This document shows positions 1-8,990 of a stretch of 64,000 nucleotides of DNA, piece by piece. The stretch lies in contig CAVZPD010000009.1 of NCBI GenBank assembly GCA_963777045.1, forward strand, positions 287,396 to 351,395, in the 5' to 3' direction. Source of the DNA: an uncultured Chloroflexia bacterium (lineage in GTDB: Bacteria; Chloroflexota; Limnocylindria; QHBO01). The notes below the pieces were generated by a model. The model saw only the letters and a list, made by a program, of their open reading frames with translations. It made no database searches and had not been told where the DNA came from. Both the position numbers and the translations under genes were made by a program. Every line of letters starts with the position of its first letter. The stretch's first letter is position 1.

Positions 1-529
1 CACGGCCGACTTCGCCATCGTCGGCTCGGGACCGAACTCCGCCAGCCCGCACCACGAGCCGGGGGAGCGCGTCATCGGCCCGGCGACGCCATCGTGCTCG
101 ACATCGGCGGCACGCTGGCGGGCTACTGCAGCGACACAACCCGCACGGCCTTCGTGGGCGAGCCGCCGGCGATTTCGCCGAGCTCTACGACGTGCTGCAG
201 GCGGCCCAGGCCGCGGCCTGCGAGGCGGTCGCCCCCGGGGTGGCGGCCGAGGCGATCGACGCGGCGGCGCGCGCGTCATCGACGAGGCCGGCTACGGAGA
301 GCAGTTCATCCACCGCACCGGCCACGGCATCGGCATGGAGACGCACGAGGAGCCGTACATCGTGGCCGGCAACGGGGAGCCGCTGCAGGCGGGTGACGCC
401 TTCAGCATCGAGCCGGGAATCTACATGGCCGGACGCTGGGGAGCCCGCATCGAGGACATCGTGGTCTGCACCGCCGACGGCGGCGAGCGCCTCAACCGAG
501 CCCGCCGCGACCTCTACCTCGTCGAGTAG
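1..529 (+). CDS. Xaa-Pro aminopeptidase (M24 family), 3' part, frameshifted
   Basis: Motifs across frames: GPNSASPHHEP, DIGG..GYCSDTTRT, HRTGHGIG.ETHEEPY, FSIEPGIY..GRWGARIEDIV. Confidence 0.9.
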   Translation, partial: TADFAIVGSGPNSASPHHEPGERVIGPATPSCSTSAARWRATAATQPARPSWASRRRFRRALRRAAGGPGRGLRGGRPRGGGRGDRRGGARVIDEAGYGEQFIHRTGHGIGMETHEEPYIVAGNGEPLQAGDAFSIEPGIYMAGRWGARIEDIVVCTADGGERLNRARRDLYLVE

Positions 530-532
530 CCG

Positions 533-1168
533 TCAGGTCAGGATGGACCGATGCGAGCCGACCAGCGCGACCAGCACCTGGTCGATGGCCGCGGTCGCCT
601 CGCGGTACGCCACCGTCACGTCGCTGATGTCCGCAGACCGGCGGCGCAGGTGCGACGCGATCGCCTCGAGCACCGGCGAACGGTAGTAGAGGAACGCCTC
701 CACGGCCTCGGCCAGCGACAGGCCGGCGGCCGATGCCTCGCGCCCGTACAGCCCGCCCATCTTCTCCGCCTCTTCCAGCAGGAGCTCGCGTTCAGCCCGT
801 CTGCGGGCCGAGACGTACTCGATCACCAGCTGGAAGGTCCGCTGCCCCCAGCGCCGGAACTCGTCGCGCTGCTCTGCGCTGAGGCGGGCCTGCCAGGGCT
901 GCGTCGTGGCGGCGCCCCGAACCACGCGCCGTCGCACCTCGCCCGAGATCGTCCCGGCCGAGCCGGTCAGCCGCTGCACGCCGTAGCGCGAGCGGCGCGG
1001 AGCGTTGACCATGGCCTCGAGGCTCGAACGCAGGAAGCGACGATGGCCGCCCGGCGTCAGGAAGCTCTCCACCTTGCCGCTGTCGGCCCAGCGTCGCAGC
1101 GTGTCCGGTCCGACGCCGACCAGGCGCGATGCCGCGCCGAGCGCCAGCCAGGGATCGTCCTCGGACAT
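533..1168 (-). CDS. MerR/excisionase-like HTH DNA-binding protein with helical C-terminal domain
   Basis: MSEDDPWLALGAASRLVGVGPDTLRRWADSGKVESFLTPGGHRRF; start lies just after the dipeptidase stop. Confidence 0.8.
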   Translation of the reverse strand: MSEDDPWLALGAASRLVGVGPDTLRRWADSGKVESFLTPGGHRRFLRSSLEAMVNAPRRSRYGVQRLTGSAGTISGEVRRRVVRGAATTQPWQARLSAEQRDEFRRWGQRTFQLVIEYVSARRRAERELLLEEAEKMGGLYGREASAAGLSLAEAVEAFLYYRSPVLEAIASHLRRRSADISDVTVAYREATAAIDQVLVALVGSHRSILT

Positions 1169-1173
1169 CTGGG

Positions 1174-2595
1174 TCAGCCGTCCGCCAGCGCCGCCCCGGT
1201 CATATCGCCCATCTCGTCCCAGAGCCGCACGATGGCGTTCATCCCGCCGCGGTAGTTGGCGAGCGGCATCCACTCGTTCGGCGCGTGGAAGTTGCCATTC
1301 GGGGAGGCGAAGCCGACCATGACCGACTTCAGGCCGACGCCGGACTCGAGCGCGGCCACGACCGGGATCGAGCCACCCGAGCGATGGAAGAGCGGCGCCT
1401 TGCCGAAGGCGTCCTGCAGCGCCTTGGCCGCGACACGCACGGCGGGGTGGTCGAGGGGCGTGACCGCCGGCTGTCCGCCGTGGATCACCTTCACCTCCAC
1501 CTTGACGGTGTCCGGCGCGATCCGCTGCAGGTGCTCGATCATGGCGCGCTCGATCTCGCGGTGGTCCTGGTCCGGCACCAGGCGCGTCGAGAGCTTGGCG
1601 GCGGCGTAGGCGGGGATGATCGTCTTGGCGCCCTCGCCGGCATAGCCGCCCCACAGTCCGTTGACGTCGAAGGTCGGGCGTGCCGACATCCGCTCGGCGA
1701 GCGTGTAGCCGCGCTCGCCCTGCATCGGCCCCGAAACGCCCAGTCGTTCGGCCCAGTCGCGCTCGTCGAACGGCAGCTCGGCGTAGGCGCTGCGCTCCTC
1801 GTCGGTGAGGTCCCGGACGTTGTCGTAGAAGCCCGGCACGGTGACGCGCCCGTCCGCATCGGTCAGGCTGGCCAGCATCTTCACCAGGACGTTGGCCGGG
1901 TTGTCGACGCCGCCGCCGTACTGGCCCGAATGGACGTCCTGGAACGGCCCGGAGACCTTGACCTCCCAGTAGGCGATGCCGCGCAGCCCGTAGCAGATGG
2001 CGGGCGTCCCGTCGTCGTCCTGCATGTCCGAGTCGGAGACGATGCAGACGTCGGCCTGCAGCAGCTCGGGGTGCGCGGCGATGAACTCCTCGACCGGCAG
2101 GCTGCCGACCTCCTCGTCGCCCTCGAAGAAGAAGCGGAGGTTGACCGGGAGCGCGCCGGGGCCCTGCAGCCAGGCCTCGGCCGCCTTCAGGTGCATGTAG
2201 ACCTGGCTCTTGTCGTCGCCCGCGCCACGGGCGTAGACGATGTCGTTCTCGTAGCGCGGCTCGAACGGTGGGCGGACCCACTCCTCCAGCGGATCGGCCG
2301 GCTGGACGTCGTAGTGAGCGTAGACGAGCACGGTCGGCGCATCGGGGCCGGCGTGCAGCCAGTCGCCGGTGACGATCGGATGGCCGCTGGTCTCGTGCAG
2401 CTGCGCGTGCTCCACGCCCATGCGGGTGAGTTGGTCGGCGACCCACTGCGCCGCGCGCCGCACCTCGTCCTTCTTCGCCGGATCCGCGCTCACCGACTCC
2501 AGCCGCAGGAAGTCGTCCAGGCCCTTGAGGTGCTCATCGGCGTGGTCGTGGAGGTAGGTGAGGGCGGCATCCACGCCCTTCGTCGTTGTCGTCAT
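1174..2595 (-). CDS. M20 family dipeptidase
   Basis: YAHYDVQP, ARGAGDDK, FEGDEEVGS, DVHSG, GGSIP, FHAPNE motifs; ATG at 2595. Confidence 0.92.
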   Translation of the reverse strand: MTTTTKGVDAALTYLHDHADEHLKGLDDFLRLESVSADPAKKDEVRRAAQWVADQLTRMGVEHAQLHETSGHPIVTGDWLHAGPDAPTVLVYAHYDVQPADPLEEWVRPPFEPRYENDIVYARGAGDDKSQVYMHLKAAEAWLQGPGALPVNLRFFFEGDEEVGSLPVEEFIAAHPELLQADVCIVSDSDMQDDDGTPAICYGLRGIAYWEVKVSGPFQDVHSGQYGGGVDNPANVLVKMLASLTDADGRVTVPGFYDNVRDLTDEERSAYAELPFDERDWAERLGVSGPMQGERGYTLAERMSARPTFDVNGLWGGYAGEGAKTIIPAYAAAKLSTRLVPDQDHREIERAMIEHLQRIAPDTVKVEVKVIHGGQPAVTPLDHPAVRVAAKALQDAFGKAPLFHRSGGSIPVVAALESGVGLKSVMVGFASPNGNFHAPNEWMPLANYRGGMNAIVRLWDEMGDMTGAALADG

Positions 2596-2650
2596 GGACC
2601 GATGATAGGTCCCGCGCCCGTCCTCCGTGCCGTGCCATCCCGGCTCGCCT

Positions 2651-2702
2651 CGCCGCGCACCGCCGCCGCGCACCGCCGCCGCGCACCGCCGCTGGGCACC
2701 GC
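2651..2702. repeat. 13-bp tandem repeat (CGCCGCGCACCGC x3 plus one degenerate unit)
   Basis: Read directly; abuts the dispersed element at 2705. Confidence 0.85.
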
Positions 2703-2704
2703 CA

Positions 2705-2881
2705 TCGATAGATCTCCGCACCTGCACCGGGAGGCCCGTCGTGGTGCGCTCTGGCCGATAGATCGGTGCAAGATGAGCGCGGGCGGCGCCCGCGGGCGGC
2801 CTCCGTGCACAACCGGCACCGATAGATCTGCAGCACAACGGCATGAACCACCTTCCTGGCGCCGTGGGGAAGATCTATCGG
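2705..2881. repeat. Dispersed four-box palindromic element, copy A
   Basis: CGATAGA 2706, TAGATCGG 2759 (variant), CGATAGA 2820, TCTATCGG 2874. Confidence 0.8.
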
Positions 2882-2919
2882 TCCCTCAAGCCAGTCGAGA
2901 ACAGCGGCTCCTCGACGGC

Positions 2920-3192
2920 TCAGCTGAAGAATCCGAACAGGAACCCCAGGAAGAGCGCGATCGCGGCCGCCGGGACGAAGGAAGCGGCGCGCAGGAACGG
3001 CGGCCAGCCCGCGTCGCCCAGGAACGCGTAGGCGGGAATCGTGACCGGGAACACGATCACGGCCACGGACCAGCCCACGCGAGCACCGAAACCAAGGTCG
3101 GGCCGATCCTGAACGTCGAGCCAGTACGCGGCGAGCACGATGAAGCCGCCCACGGCGGTGATGGCGAAGACGGCCCAGATGACGGGAAGCAT
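2920..3192 (-). CDS. Small membrane protein, unknown function
   Basis: 90 aa with three hydrophobic segments; TACGAT 7 nt upstream of ATG. Confidence 0.7.
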   Translation of the reverse strand: MLPVIWAVFAITAVGGFIVLAAYWLDVQDRPDLGFGARVGWSVAVIVFPVTIPAYAFLGDAGWPPFLRAASFVPAAAIALFLGFLFGFFS

Positions 3193-3222
3193 CGAGCCGA
3201 TCGTACGCCGGCCAGCGTCGAG

Positions 3223-3999
3223 CTACTTGCCGAGGTCGTTCAGCTCAGCCTCGCGGCGCCGTGCCTCGTCCGGTGCGTGGAAGAGATCGGTCAGCATGCC
3301 GGCGAGCGGCCGCCGCGTCGGGGTCGGGGGCTCATGCTGTGGCAGCATCTCGACGATAGCCGCTCGCACCCGCTCGCTGAGCTCCGCCCGCGCCGCCGGT
3401 CCGCGGATCCCGGCGCTCGGGACGGGGCCGCCGAAGCGAACCGTGAGCCGCTTGCCGAGCCACAGGTGCGTCGTGCCGGAGATGGCGCACGGGACGATCG
3501 GTACGCCGGCCATGCTGGCGAAGGCGATGGCTCCATCCTCGAACGGCTGCAGCTCCATCTCGCGAAAGCCGTTGTGTCCTTCGGCGAAGATCCCCAGCAC
3601 TCCCTCCACCGCGAAGACGTGGCGGACTGCGTGCACGGCCGAGGTGAGCCGAGTCATCGCCGGATCGAAGGGAATGACGCCGCCGAAGAAGCTCATCACT
3701 CGATTCTTGAAGCCGCGGGAGAAATCAGCCTCGCGCGGACCGAACCAGGTGATGCGGGGCGTGGCCGGCGTCACCGCCAGCACGATCAGCGGATCCCACC
3801 CGTTGTGGTGGTTCACGACGAGGCAGAACGGGGCGTCGGGCCAGCTCGCGAGGCCCTCCACGCGGACACGGAAGAGCGCTCGGACCAGCAGGCGGTCGGC
3901 GTGGCGCATGAGCCGGTAGCGCAGCGAGTCCTCGGCTCCCGGCCTGCGCGGCCCGGTGCGGCTCGCGCGCCGTGTCGCTTCGTTCGCTTGCGGCTTCAT
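3223..3999 (-). CDS. Lysophospholipid acyltransferase (PlsC family)
   Basis: NHHNGWD (HX4D), IFAEG, GVPIVPCAISG. Confidence 0.88.
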   Translation of the reverse strand: MKPQANEATRRASRTGPRRPGAEDSLRYRLMRHADRLLVRALFRVRVEGLASWPDAPFCLVVNHHNGWDPLIVLAVTPATPRITWFGPREADFSRGFKNRVMSFFGGVIPFDPAMTRLTSAVHAVRHVFAVEGVLGIFAEGHNGFREMELQPFEDGAIAFASMAGVPIVPCAISGTTHLWLGKRLTVRFGGPVPSAGIRGPAARAELSERVRAAIVEMLPQHEPPTPTRRPLAGMLTDLFHAPDEARRREAELNDLGK

Positions 4000-5318
4000 G
4001 CTGGTTGTGTTGCGGGCGCCGGCTCACCGGGGGCGGTCTCACCCGTCGCGTCCGCTTCGCGCCGCCTGGGGTTGACCCGGGTCAGTGCCAGGCCGGACAA
4101 CGCCACGAAGACAGCGGCCGTCGCCATGGCGGCGCGGGGCCCCACATCGCTCCCGGCACCGGCGCCCACCAGGTCCATGATCGGACCGCCGGCGGCGATG
4201 AAAACCGGGCCCGCCATGGCCGTTCCGGCGTTCAGGATCCCCATGTAGCGACCCGTTGCGTCCTTGGGAATCACGTCGGCCATGAGCGCCCAGTCGGCTG
4301 AGAGGAAGGTGCCGATGCCGATGCCGAACGGCACCCATGCCGCGATTGCGACGGCCGGTGAAGGGGCCAATGTCACCCCGACCATCGCCGCCGCGCACAG
4401 GGCCGATGCCGCCCAGATCACCTGCCGCCGTCCGAAGCGATCAGACAGCCGTCCGGCAGGAAGCGCCGCGAGGAGCGTGAGGACGCCCACGATCGCGGTC
4501 GTCAGGAAGAGCGTGCGGTCCGCCTCTTCCGCGGGAAGCCCATGCGTCCGCGTGAAATAGAGCAGGCCGAAGGCCGTCACGTTGTACGCCCCCAGGAAGA
4601 GGAGCCGCACGAGCAGGAGCCAGAGCACGTCGCGCTGCTGGAGGATGTCCCGCCCCCAGGCGGACAGGGCGACCTGCCTCCAGGGCTTCGTGCGCGGCAG
4701 GGCCTCGCTGCCCTCGCGGACGGTCGTGACGAGCACAACCATCGTCGCCAGCTCGACCGCACCCAGGGCCATCACCGTGAGCGGATCGCTGAGGATGGCA
4801 CCGCCGACCGTCGCGAGGCCCACGCCGACGATCGTGCCCAGCGCCAGCATCAGGCCCATCAGGCCGCTCGCCAGCCCGACCTGCCGTGCGGGGACCAGGT
4901 CGGGCACGTATCCCTGGAACGGGCCCTGCGCAAAGTTGGAGCTGACCTGGAGCAGGAAGTAGAGGGCGAGGATGGCCAGGAACTCGTTGCTCAGGGCCAG
5001 GCCGGCAAGGAAGAGCATGTCGAGGGCCGTACCGATGACGATGTACGGCTTCCGTCGACCCCAACGAGAAACGGTGTAGTCGCTGATGACCCCTACCGTC
5101 GGCTGCACCACGATCGCCGCGACCGCTCCCACGATGTAGAGCAGCCCCATCAGCGTGCCGGTGGCGCCGGGGTTGATGGCATCCAGCCGGGCGGGGATCA
5201 CCACCAGGTTGAGGCCACCCCAGATGGCCTGGATCCCGAGCCAGTAGATCGAGAGCGTCAGCAGCTGCTGCAGCGGCAGGTTCGCCCCCCGCAGGGCCGC
5301 ACCGGCTCGCTCACCCAT
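3996..5318 (-). CDS. MFS transporter
   Basis: About 12 TM segments; SDYTVSRWGRRKPY and GRLSDRFGRR motifs; ATGA overlap with the plsC-like gene. Confidence 0.9.
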   Translation of the reverse strand: MGERAGAALRGANLPLQQLLTLSIYWLGIQAIWGGLNLVVIPARLDAINPGATGTLMGLLYIVGAVAAIVVQPTVGVISDYTVSRWGRRKPYIVIGTALDMLFLAGLALSNEFLAILALYFLLQVSSNFAQGPFQGYVPDLVPARQVGLASGLMGLMLALGTIVGVGLATVGGAILSDPLTVMALGAVELATMVVLVTTVREGSEALPRTKPWRQVALSAWGRDILQQRDVLWLLLVRLLFLGAYNVTAFGLLYFTRTHGLPAEEADRTLFLTTAIVGVLTLLAALPAGRLSDRFGRRQVIWAASALCAAAMVGVTLAPSPAVAIAAWVPFGIGIGTFLSADWALMADVIPKDATGRYMGILNAGTAMAGPVFIAAGGPIMDLVGAGAGSDVGPRAAMATAAVFVALSGLALTRVNPRRREADATGETAPGEPAPATQPA

Positions 5319-5428
5319 GGCGCTCGCGCCTCCGCACGCGGTGGATCATGCACCCGCGGCACCCCAGTCGACTAGCCCCCCGCCGCGCAACCTGGGGCGG
5401 GCCGCGCCGCCGGGTTAGAATCGCGCTC

Positions 5429-6325
5429 GTGATCATCGATCCGATCCTGGTTCGCATCGGCCCCATCGAAGTCCACTGGTACGGCGTCATCATCGCCAGC
5501 GCCGTGCTGCTGGCCGGCCTCATCGGCACCATGGAGGCGCGCCGGCGCGGCGAGGACCCCGACACGGGCTGGTCGATGCTGCTGCCCGTCCTGGTGCTGG
5601 CCGTCATCGGCGCCCGGCTCTACCACGTCATCCACCAGTGGGACTTCTACTCGAAGGACCCGTGGCTGATCCCGCAGATCTGGAACGGCGGACTGGGCAT
5701 CCCCGGCGCGGTGGCGGGCGGCGTCATCGCCATCTGGGCGTACTCCCGCTGGGCCGGGCTCAATACCCTGCGCTGGTTCGACATCTTTGCCAGCGGGATG
5801 CTGCTGGGCCAGGCGATCGGTCGCCTGGGGAACTTCGTCAACCAGGAGCTCTACGGGCCGCCCACCGATCTTCCCTGGGGCATCCCGATCGATGCCGCCC
5901 ACCGCATCGGCCCATGGACCGATCTCTCCGCCTTCCCGCTCGACACGACCCGCTTCCATCCGCTCTTCGCCTACGAGGGGCTGCTCAACCTGGTTGGGCT
6001 GGTGGTCATCCTGTGGGCCGCGCGCCGCTTCGCCGCCTGGCTCTACGACGGCGACGTGCTCGTCTTCTACCTGGTCTGGTACAGCGCCGTGCGGATCTGG
6101 CTGGAGACGTTCCGGATCGAGAACTGGACGATCCTGGGCGTCCCGACCGCCACGTGGGTCGGCATCATCACGATCCTGGTGGCGGGGGGCATCTTCGTCC
6201 TCCGACACCTCAAGGGCTGGGGTACGCCCGGCGCCTGGATTCGCGAGCAGGAGCAGCGCGAGGCCGATGCGGCCGCGGCACATCCGGGTGAGCCGGCACC
6301 GACCACGGAGGCGAGCCCTGGCTGA
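5429..6325 (+). CDS. lgt: Prolipoprotein diacylglyceryl transferase
   Basis: HWYG, IGARLYHV, IWNGGL, GRLGNFVNQELYG, HPLFAYE; GTG at 5429. Confidence 0.95.
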   Translation: MIIDPILVRIGPIEVHWYGVIIASAVLLAGLIGTMEARRRGEDPDTGWSMLLPVLVLAVIGARLYHVIHQWDFYSKDPWLIPQIWNGGLGIPGAVAGGVIAIWAYSRWAGLNTLRWFDIFASGMLLGQAIGRLGNFVNQELYGPPTDLPWGIPIDAAHRIGPWTDLSAFPLDTTRFHPLFAYEGLLNLVGLVVILWAARRFAAWLYDGDVLVFYLVWYSAVRIWLETFRIENWTILGVPTATWVGIITILVAGGIFVLRHLKGWGTPGAWIREQEQREADAAAAHPGEPAPTTEASPG

Positions 6326-7379
6326 CCCATCCGGCATTCGGCCCGATGTGACGGCGGTCATCGGCGAGACTCCGCTCGTTGCCCTGGATCGCCTGGCGTC
6401 GGGCCTGGCACCGAGAGTCGCAGCCAAGCTGGAGCACATGAATCCGGGCGGATCGGTCAAGGACCGCATCGCGATGCCGATGATCGAGGCCGCCGAGCGG
6501 GCCGGCCTGCTGAAGCCGGGCGGCGTCATCGTGGAGCCGACCAGCGGCAACACCGGGGTCGGCCTGGCCATGGCGGCCGCGGTGAAGGGCTACCGCTGCA
6601 TCTTCGTCATGGCCGACAAGCAGTCGGAGGAGAAGCGCGCCCTGCTGCGCGCATACGGCGCCGAGGTGGTCGTCTGCCCCACCGATGTCGACCCGAACGA
6701 CGAGCGCTCCTACTACCGGGTCTCGGATCGCCTGGCGCGAGAGACGCCCGGCGCGTGGAAGCCGGACCAGTACGCCAACCTCGCCAACCCCGAGGCCCAC
6801 TACGCCACCACCGGACCGGAGATCTGGGAGGCGACCGAGGGGCGCATCACGCACTTCGTGGCCGGGATCGGCACGGGCGGCACCATCAGCGGCACCGCCC
6901 GCTACCTGCGCGAGCGCAACCCGTCGGTGGTGGTGGTGGGCGCCGATACGGAGGGCAGCGTGTTCAGCGGCGACACGCCGCACGCCTACCTGACCGAGGG
7001 CGTCGGCGAGGACTTCTGGCCGGCCACCTACGATGCCGATGCGCCCGACCTGATCGTGCGGGTCTCGGACCGCGACGCGATGCTGACAGCCCGGCAGGCA
7101 ACCGCCACCGAGGGCATCCTGGTGGGGGAATCGTGCGGTACCGCGCTGTGGGCCGCCCTGCAGGTGGCGCGCGAGGTCGACGAGCCTGATGCGCTGTTCG
7201 TGGTGCTGCTGCCGGACAGCGGACGCAACTACCTCGGCAAGCTGTACAGCGACGACTGGCTGCGCCAAGTTGGCCTGCTGGGAGCGAAGGAGCAGGTCGC
7301 CGACTACGACTGGCGCGCGACGCGCCCCTCGGTGGTCGTCCGTCGAGGCGAGGTCAGACGCCCGGCTCAGCCGGAGTAG
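6318..7379 (+). CDS. Cystathionine beta-synthase / cysteine synthase family (PLP)
   Basis: KLEHMNPGGSVKDR, EPTSGNTG, GIGTGGT, EGVGEDFWP, LPDSGRNY; start uncertain (CTG 6318 after GGAGG, or GTG 6348). Confidence 0.9.
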   Translation: MADPSGIRPDVTAVIGETPLVALDRLASGLAPRVAAKLEHMNPGGSVKDRIAMPMIEAAERAGLLKPGGVIVEPTSGNTGVGLAMAAAVKGYRCIFVMADKQSEEKRALLRAYGAEVVVCPTDVDPNDERSYYRVSDRLARETPGAWKPDQYANLANPEAHYATTGPEIWEATEGRITHFVAGIGTGGTISGTARYLRERNPSVVVVGADTEGSVFSGDTPHAYLTEGVGEDFWPATYDADAPDLIVRVSDRDAMLTARQATATEGILVGESCGTALWAALQVAREVDEPDALFVVLLPDSGRNYLGKLYSDDWLRQVGLLGAKEQVADYDWRATRPSVVVRRGEVRRPAQPE

Positions 7380-7570
7380 GGGTCGCTCTCCGGCTCCTCG
7401 CCCGGCTCGGCCTCGTCGCGGGTTCCCATGGTGTCGCCCTCGACGTTGACGGCGGTGGGCCCGTCCTCGTTGTAGAGACCGCCGGTCTCCGCAGCCGAGC
7501 CACCGAAGGCCGGCTCCGCGATTGGCTCGGTCTGCTCTTCAGGCGCGCTGCGCGGTTTCTGATTTGTCAT
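7367..7570 (-). CDS. Small acidic hypothetical protein
   Basis: 67-aa E/D/G/P-rich ORF with plausible codon usage. Confidence 0.5.
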   Translation of the reverse strand: MTNQKPRSAPEEQTEPIAEPAFGGSAAETGGLYNEDGPTAVNVEGDTMGTRDEAEPGEEPESDPYSG

Positions 7571-7614
7571 GTCCGCGGATCGGCGCATGCGACGTGCCAG
7601 CGGCGGGAGCGAGA

Positions 7615-7644
7615 CATGACCGGGCCCCGAGAGGCCCGGTCATG
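7615..7644. terminator. Hairpin, probable terminator of the DUF4242 operon
   Basis: CATGACCGGGCC-ccgaga-GGCCCGGTCATG, 12-bp perfect stem just downstream of the 7670 stop. Confidence 0.65.
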
Positions 7645-7669
7645 CTCCTTCACCGGAGGGATGTGAGCG

Positions 7670-8218
7670 TCAGCAGCTCACGCGCGGGTTGTACTCGTAG
7701 AACATCCCGCTGGGGTTCGGCTGCCAGACCCAGGCGTGCAGCTCGTAGAAGTCGGGCAGGCCGTAGCGGTTTCCGGCTGGCGTCAGGTGGAAGTGCTCCC
7801 CGAAGAGCTCCGGCGGCGCGGCGCCGGCACCGTTGGTGGCCTCCCAATCGGCCTTCAGCACCAGGTACTCGACGGCGACCAGCTTGAGGCGTCCATCCGA
7901 CTGCGGCTCGTAGATGAGCAGTTCGGGGGCAGTGGCGACGGCCTCGTCGTCGAGCAGCTCGGGCTTGAGATAGTGGATGCCCATGGTGCCCGAGCCATTT
8001 GGATCGGCGATGCAGGTGATGCCGGCAAGATCGGCGACTTCCACCGTATACCCGGCGGCCATGGCGGCGTCGATGTCGTGGAAGGCCGCCGTGGCGTTGC
8101 GGAGCGCGGCCAGTCCGGACTGTCCGGCTGCGGCCACTCCCGTCAGCGCGCTCGCCGCGAGCGCTCCGGCGAGCAGGGCTGGAATGAGACGCCGGAGTGG
8201 ATGCGATGTGGTCTTCAT
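7670..8218 (-). CDS. Secreted protein of unknown function (MGIHY / PELLIYEP / LHAWVW / NPRVSC motifs)
   Basis: N-terminal signal peptide; RBS GAGAGGA; follows a DUF4242 gene. Confidence 0.8.
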   Translation of the reverse strand: MKTTSHPLRRLIPALLAGALAASALTGVAAAGQSGLAALRNATAAFHDIDAAMAAGYTVEVADLAGITCIADPNGSGTMGIHYLKPELLDDEAVATAPELLIYEPQSDGRLKLVAVEYLVLKADWEATNGAGAAPPELFGEHFHLTPAGNRYGLPDFYELHAWVWQPNPSGMFYEYNPRVSC

Positions 8219-8231
8219 GATCTGGTTCCTC

Positions 8232-8483
8232 TCACTGTCCTTCGACGACCGGGTAGACGGCATCGGCCACCAGGCCGTGCGCCTCTCGGTGCACACGATT
8301 TGCGGCGTCCTCGTCTGGGGCGTCGACGAGGCAGAAGATCTTCCCCTGCTTCTCGTCGACCCAGTACCGCAGGTAGCGGACGCCGTACTGCTCCTGCGTC
8401 TTCAGATCGGCCTGGTGCGCCTGGGCCACGTCATCGGCCTTCACACCCCCGTCCAGGTTGTGCATGTCCATGTAGAGCGGCAT
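8232..8483 (-). CDS. DUF4242 protein (SCO4226-like nickel-binding family)
   Basis: MPLYMDMH..AHQADL..YWVDEKQGKIFCLVDAP..VHREAHG; RBS AAAGGAG. Confidence 0.9.
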   Translation of the reverse strand: MPLYMDMHNLDGGVKADDVAQAHQADLKTQEQYGVRYLRYWVDEKQGKIFCLVDAPDEDAANRVHREAHGLVADAVYPVVEGQ

Positions 8484-8581
8484 GTGGTTTCTCCTTTCGT
8501 CTGAAGCGTGGTGCCGGTGGGCGTGTCGGACATCGGGGGAATTGCCCACGTTGGCCGTGGGCGATTGCCCAAACTGGCCGG

Positions 8582-8830
8582 CTAGACCTCCACCTCCAAT
8601 TCGTAGACTTCGGGAGTTGGATGGCCGGCACGTTCGTGCACCCGCATCACGGCCTCGCGGCTCGGCCCGACTGCCAGACAGAAGGCCTTCCCGCGCTCGG
8701 GGTCGAGCCAGGCACGTTCGAAACGGACGCCTTCCTCGTCCTGGATCGCGAGGTCGCGGTCATGGGCCTCGGCAAGCTGCGTTCGAGTCACGCCGAAGAA
8801 GCCCGAATGGACGTCCATGAACTGCGCCAT
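8582..8830 (-). CDS. DUF4242 protein, second paralog
   Basis: MAQFMDVH..AHDRDL..WLDPERGKAFCL..VHERAGH. Confidence 0.88.
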   Translation of the reverse strand: MAQFMDVHSGFFGVTRTQLAEAHDRDLAIQDEEGVRFERAWLDPERGKAFCLAVGPSREAVMRVHERAGHPTPEVYELEVEV

Positions 8831-8990
8831 CTGCATCTCCGGTGTGGTTACGGGGCCGATTGCGCCAAGGCTCGTACGCGAAGTGACGCGCGTCATCGGG
8901 CGGGGAACGTACCGACCGTCCCTGCTTGGCTCGGGGACTATCGGTCGTTCGACCGATGGACTCTGTGGACAGGCACCGTAGACTCGGCGC

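Noticed and set aside
2705-2881. CRISPR array interpretation of the four-box elements
   Set aside because: Boxes are only 7-11 bp, alternate in orientation, occur four per locus, and no cas genes are present
1129-4248. Very long opposite-strand ORFs (for example 1129-4248, 21270-22793, 32529-34544)
   Set aside because: Shadow ORFs typical of high-GC DNA, antisense to or merging across recognisable genes
8931-8960. Fifth copy of the four-box element (CTATCGGT..ACCGATGG)
   Set aside because: Arms are only 6 nt apart, and the site is better explained as the LAL operator dyad
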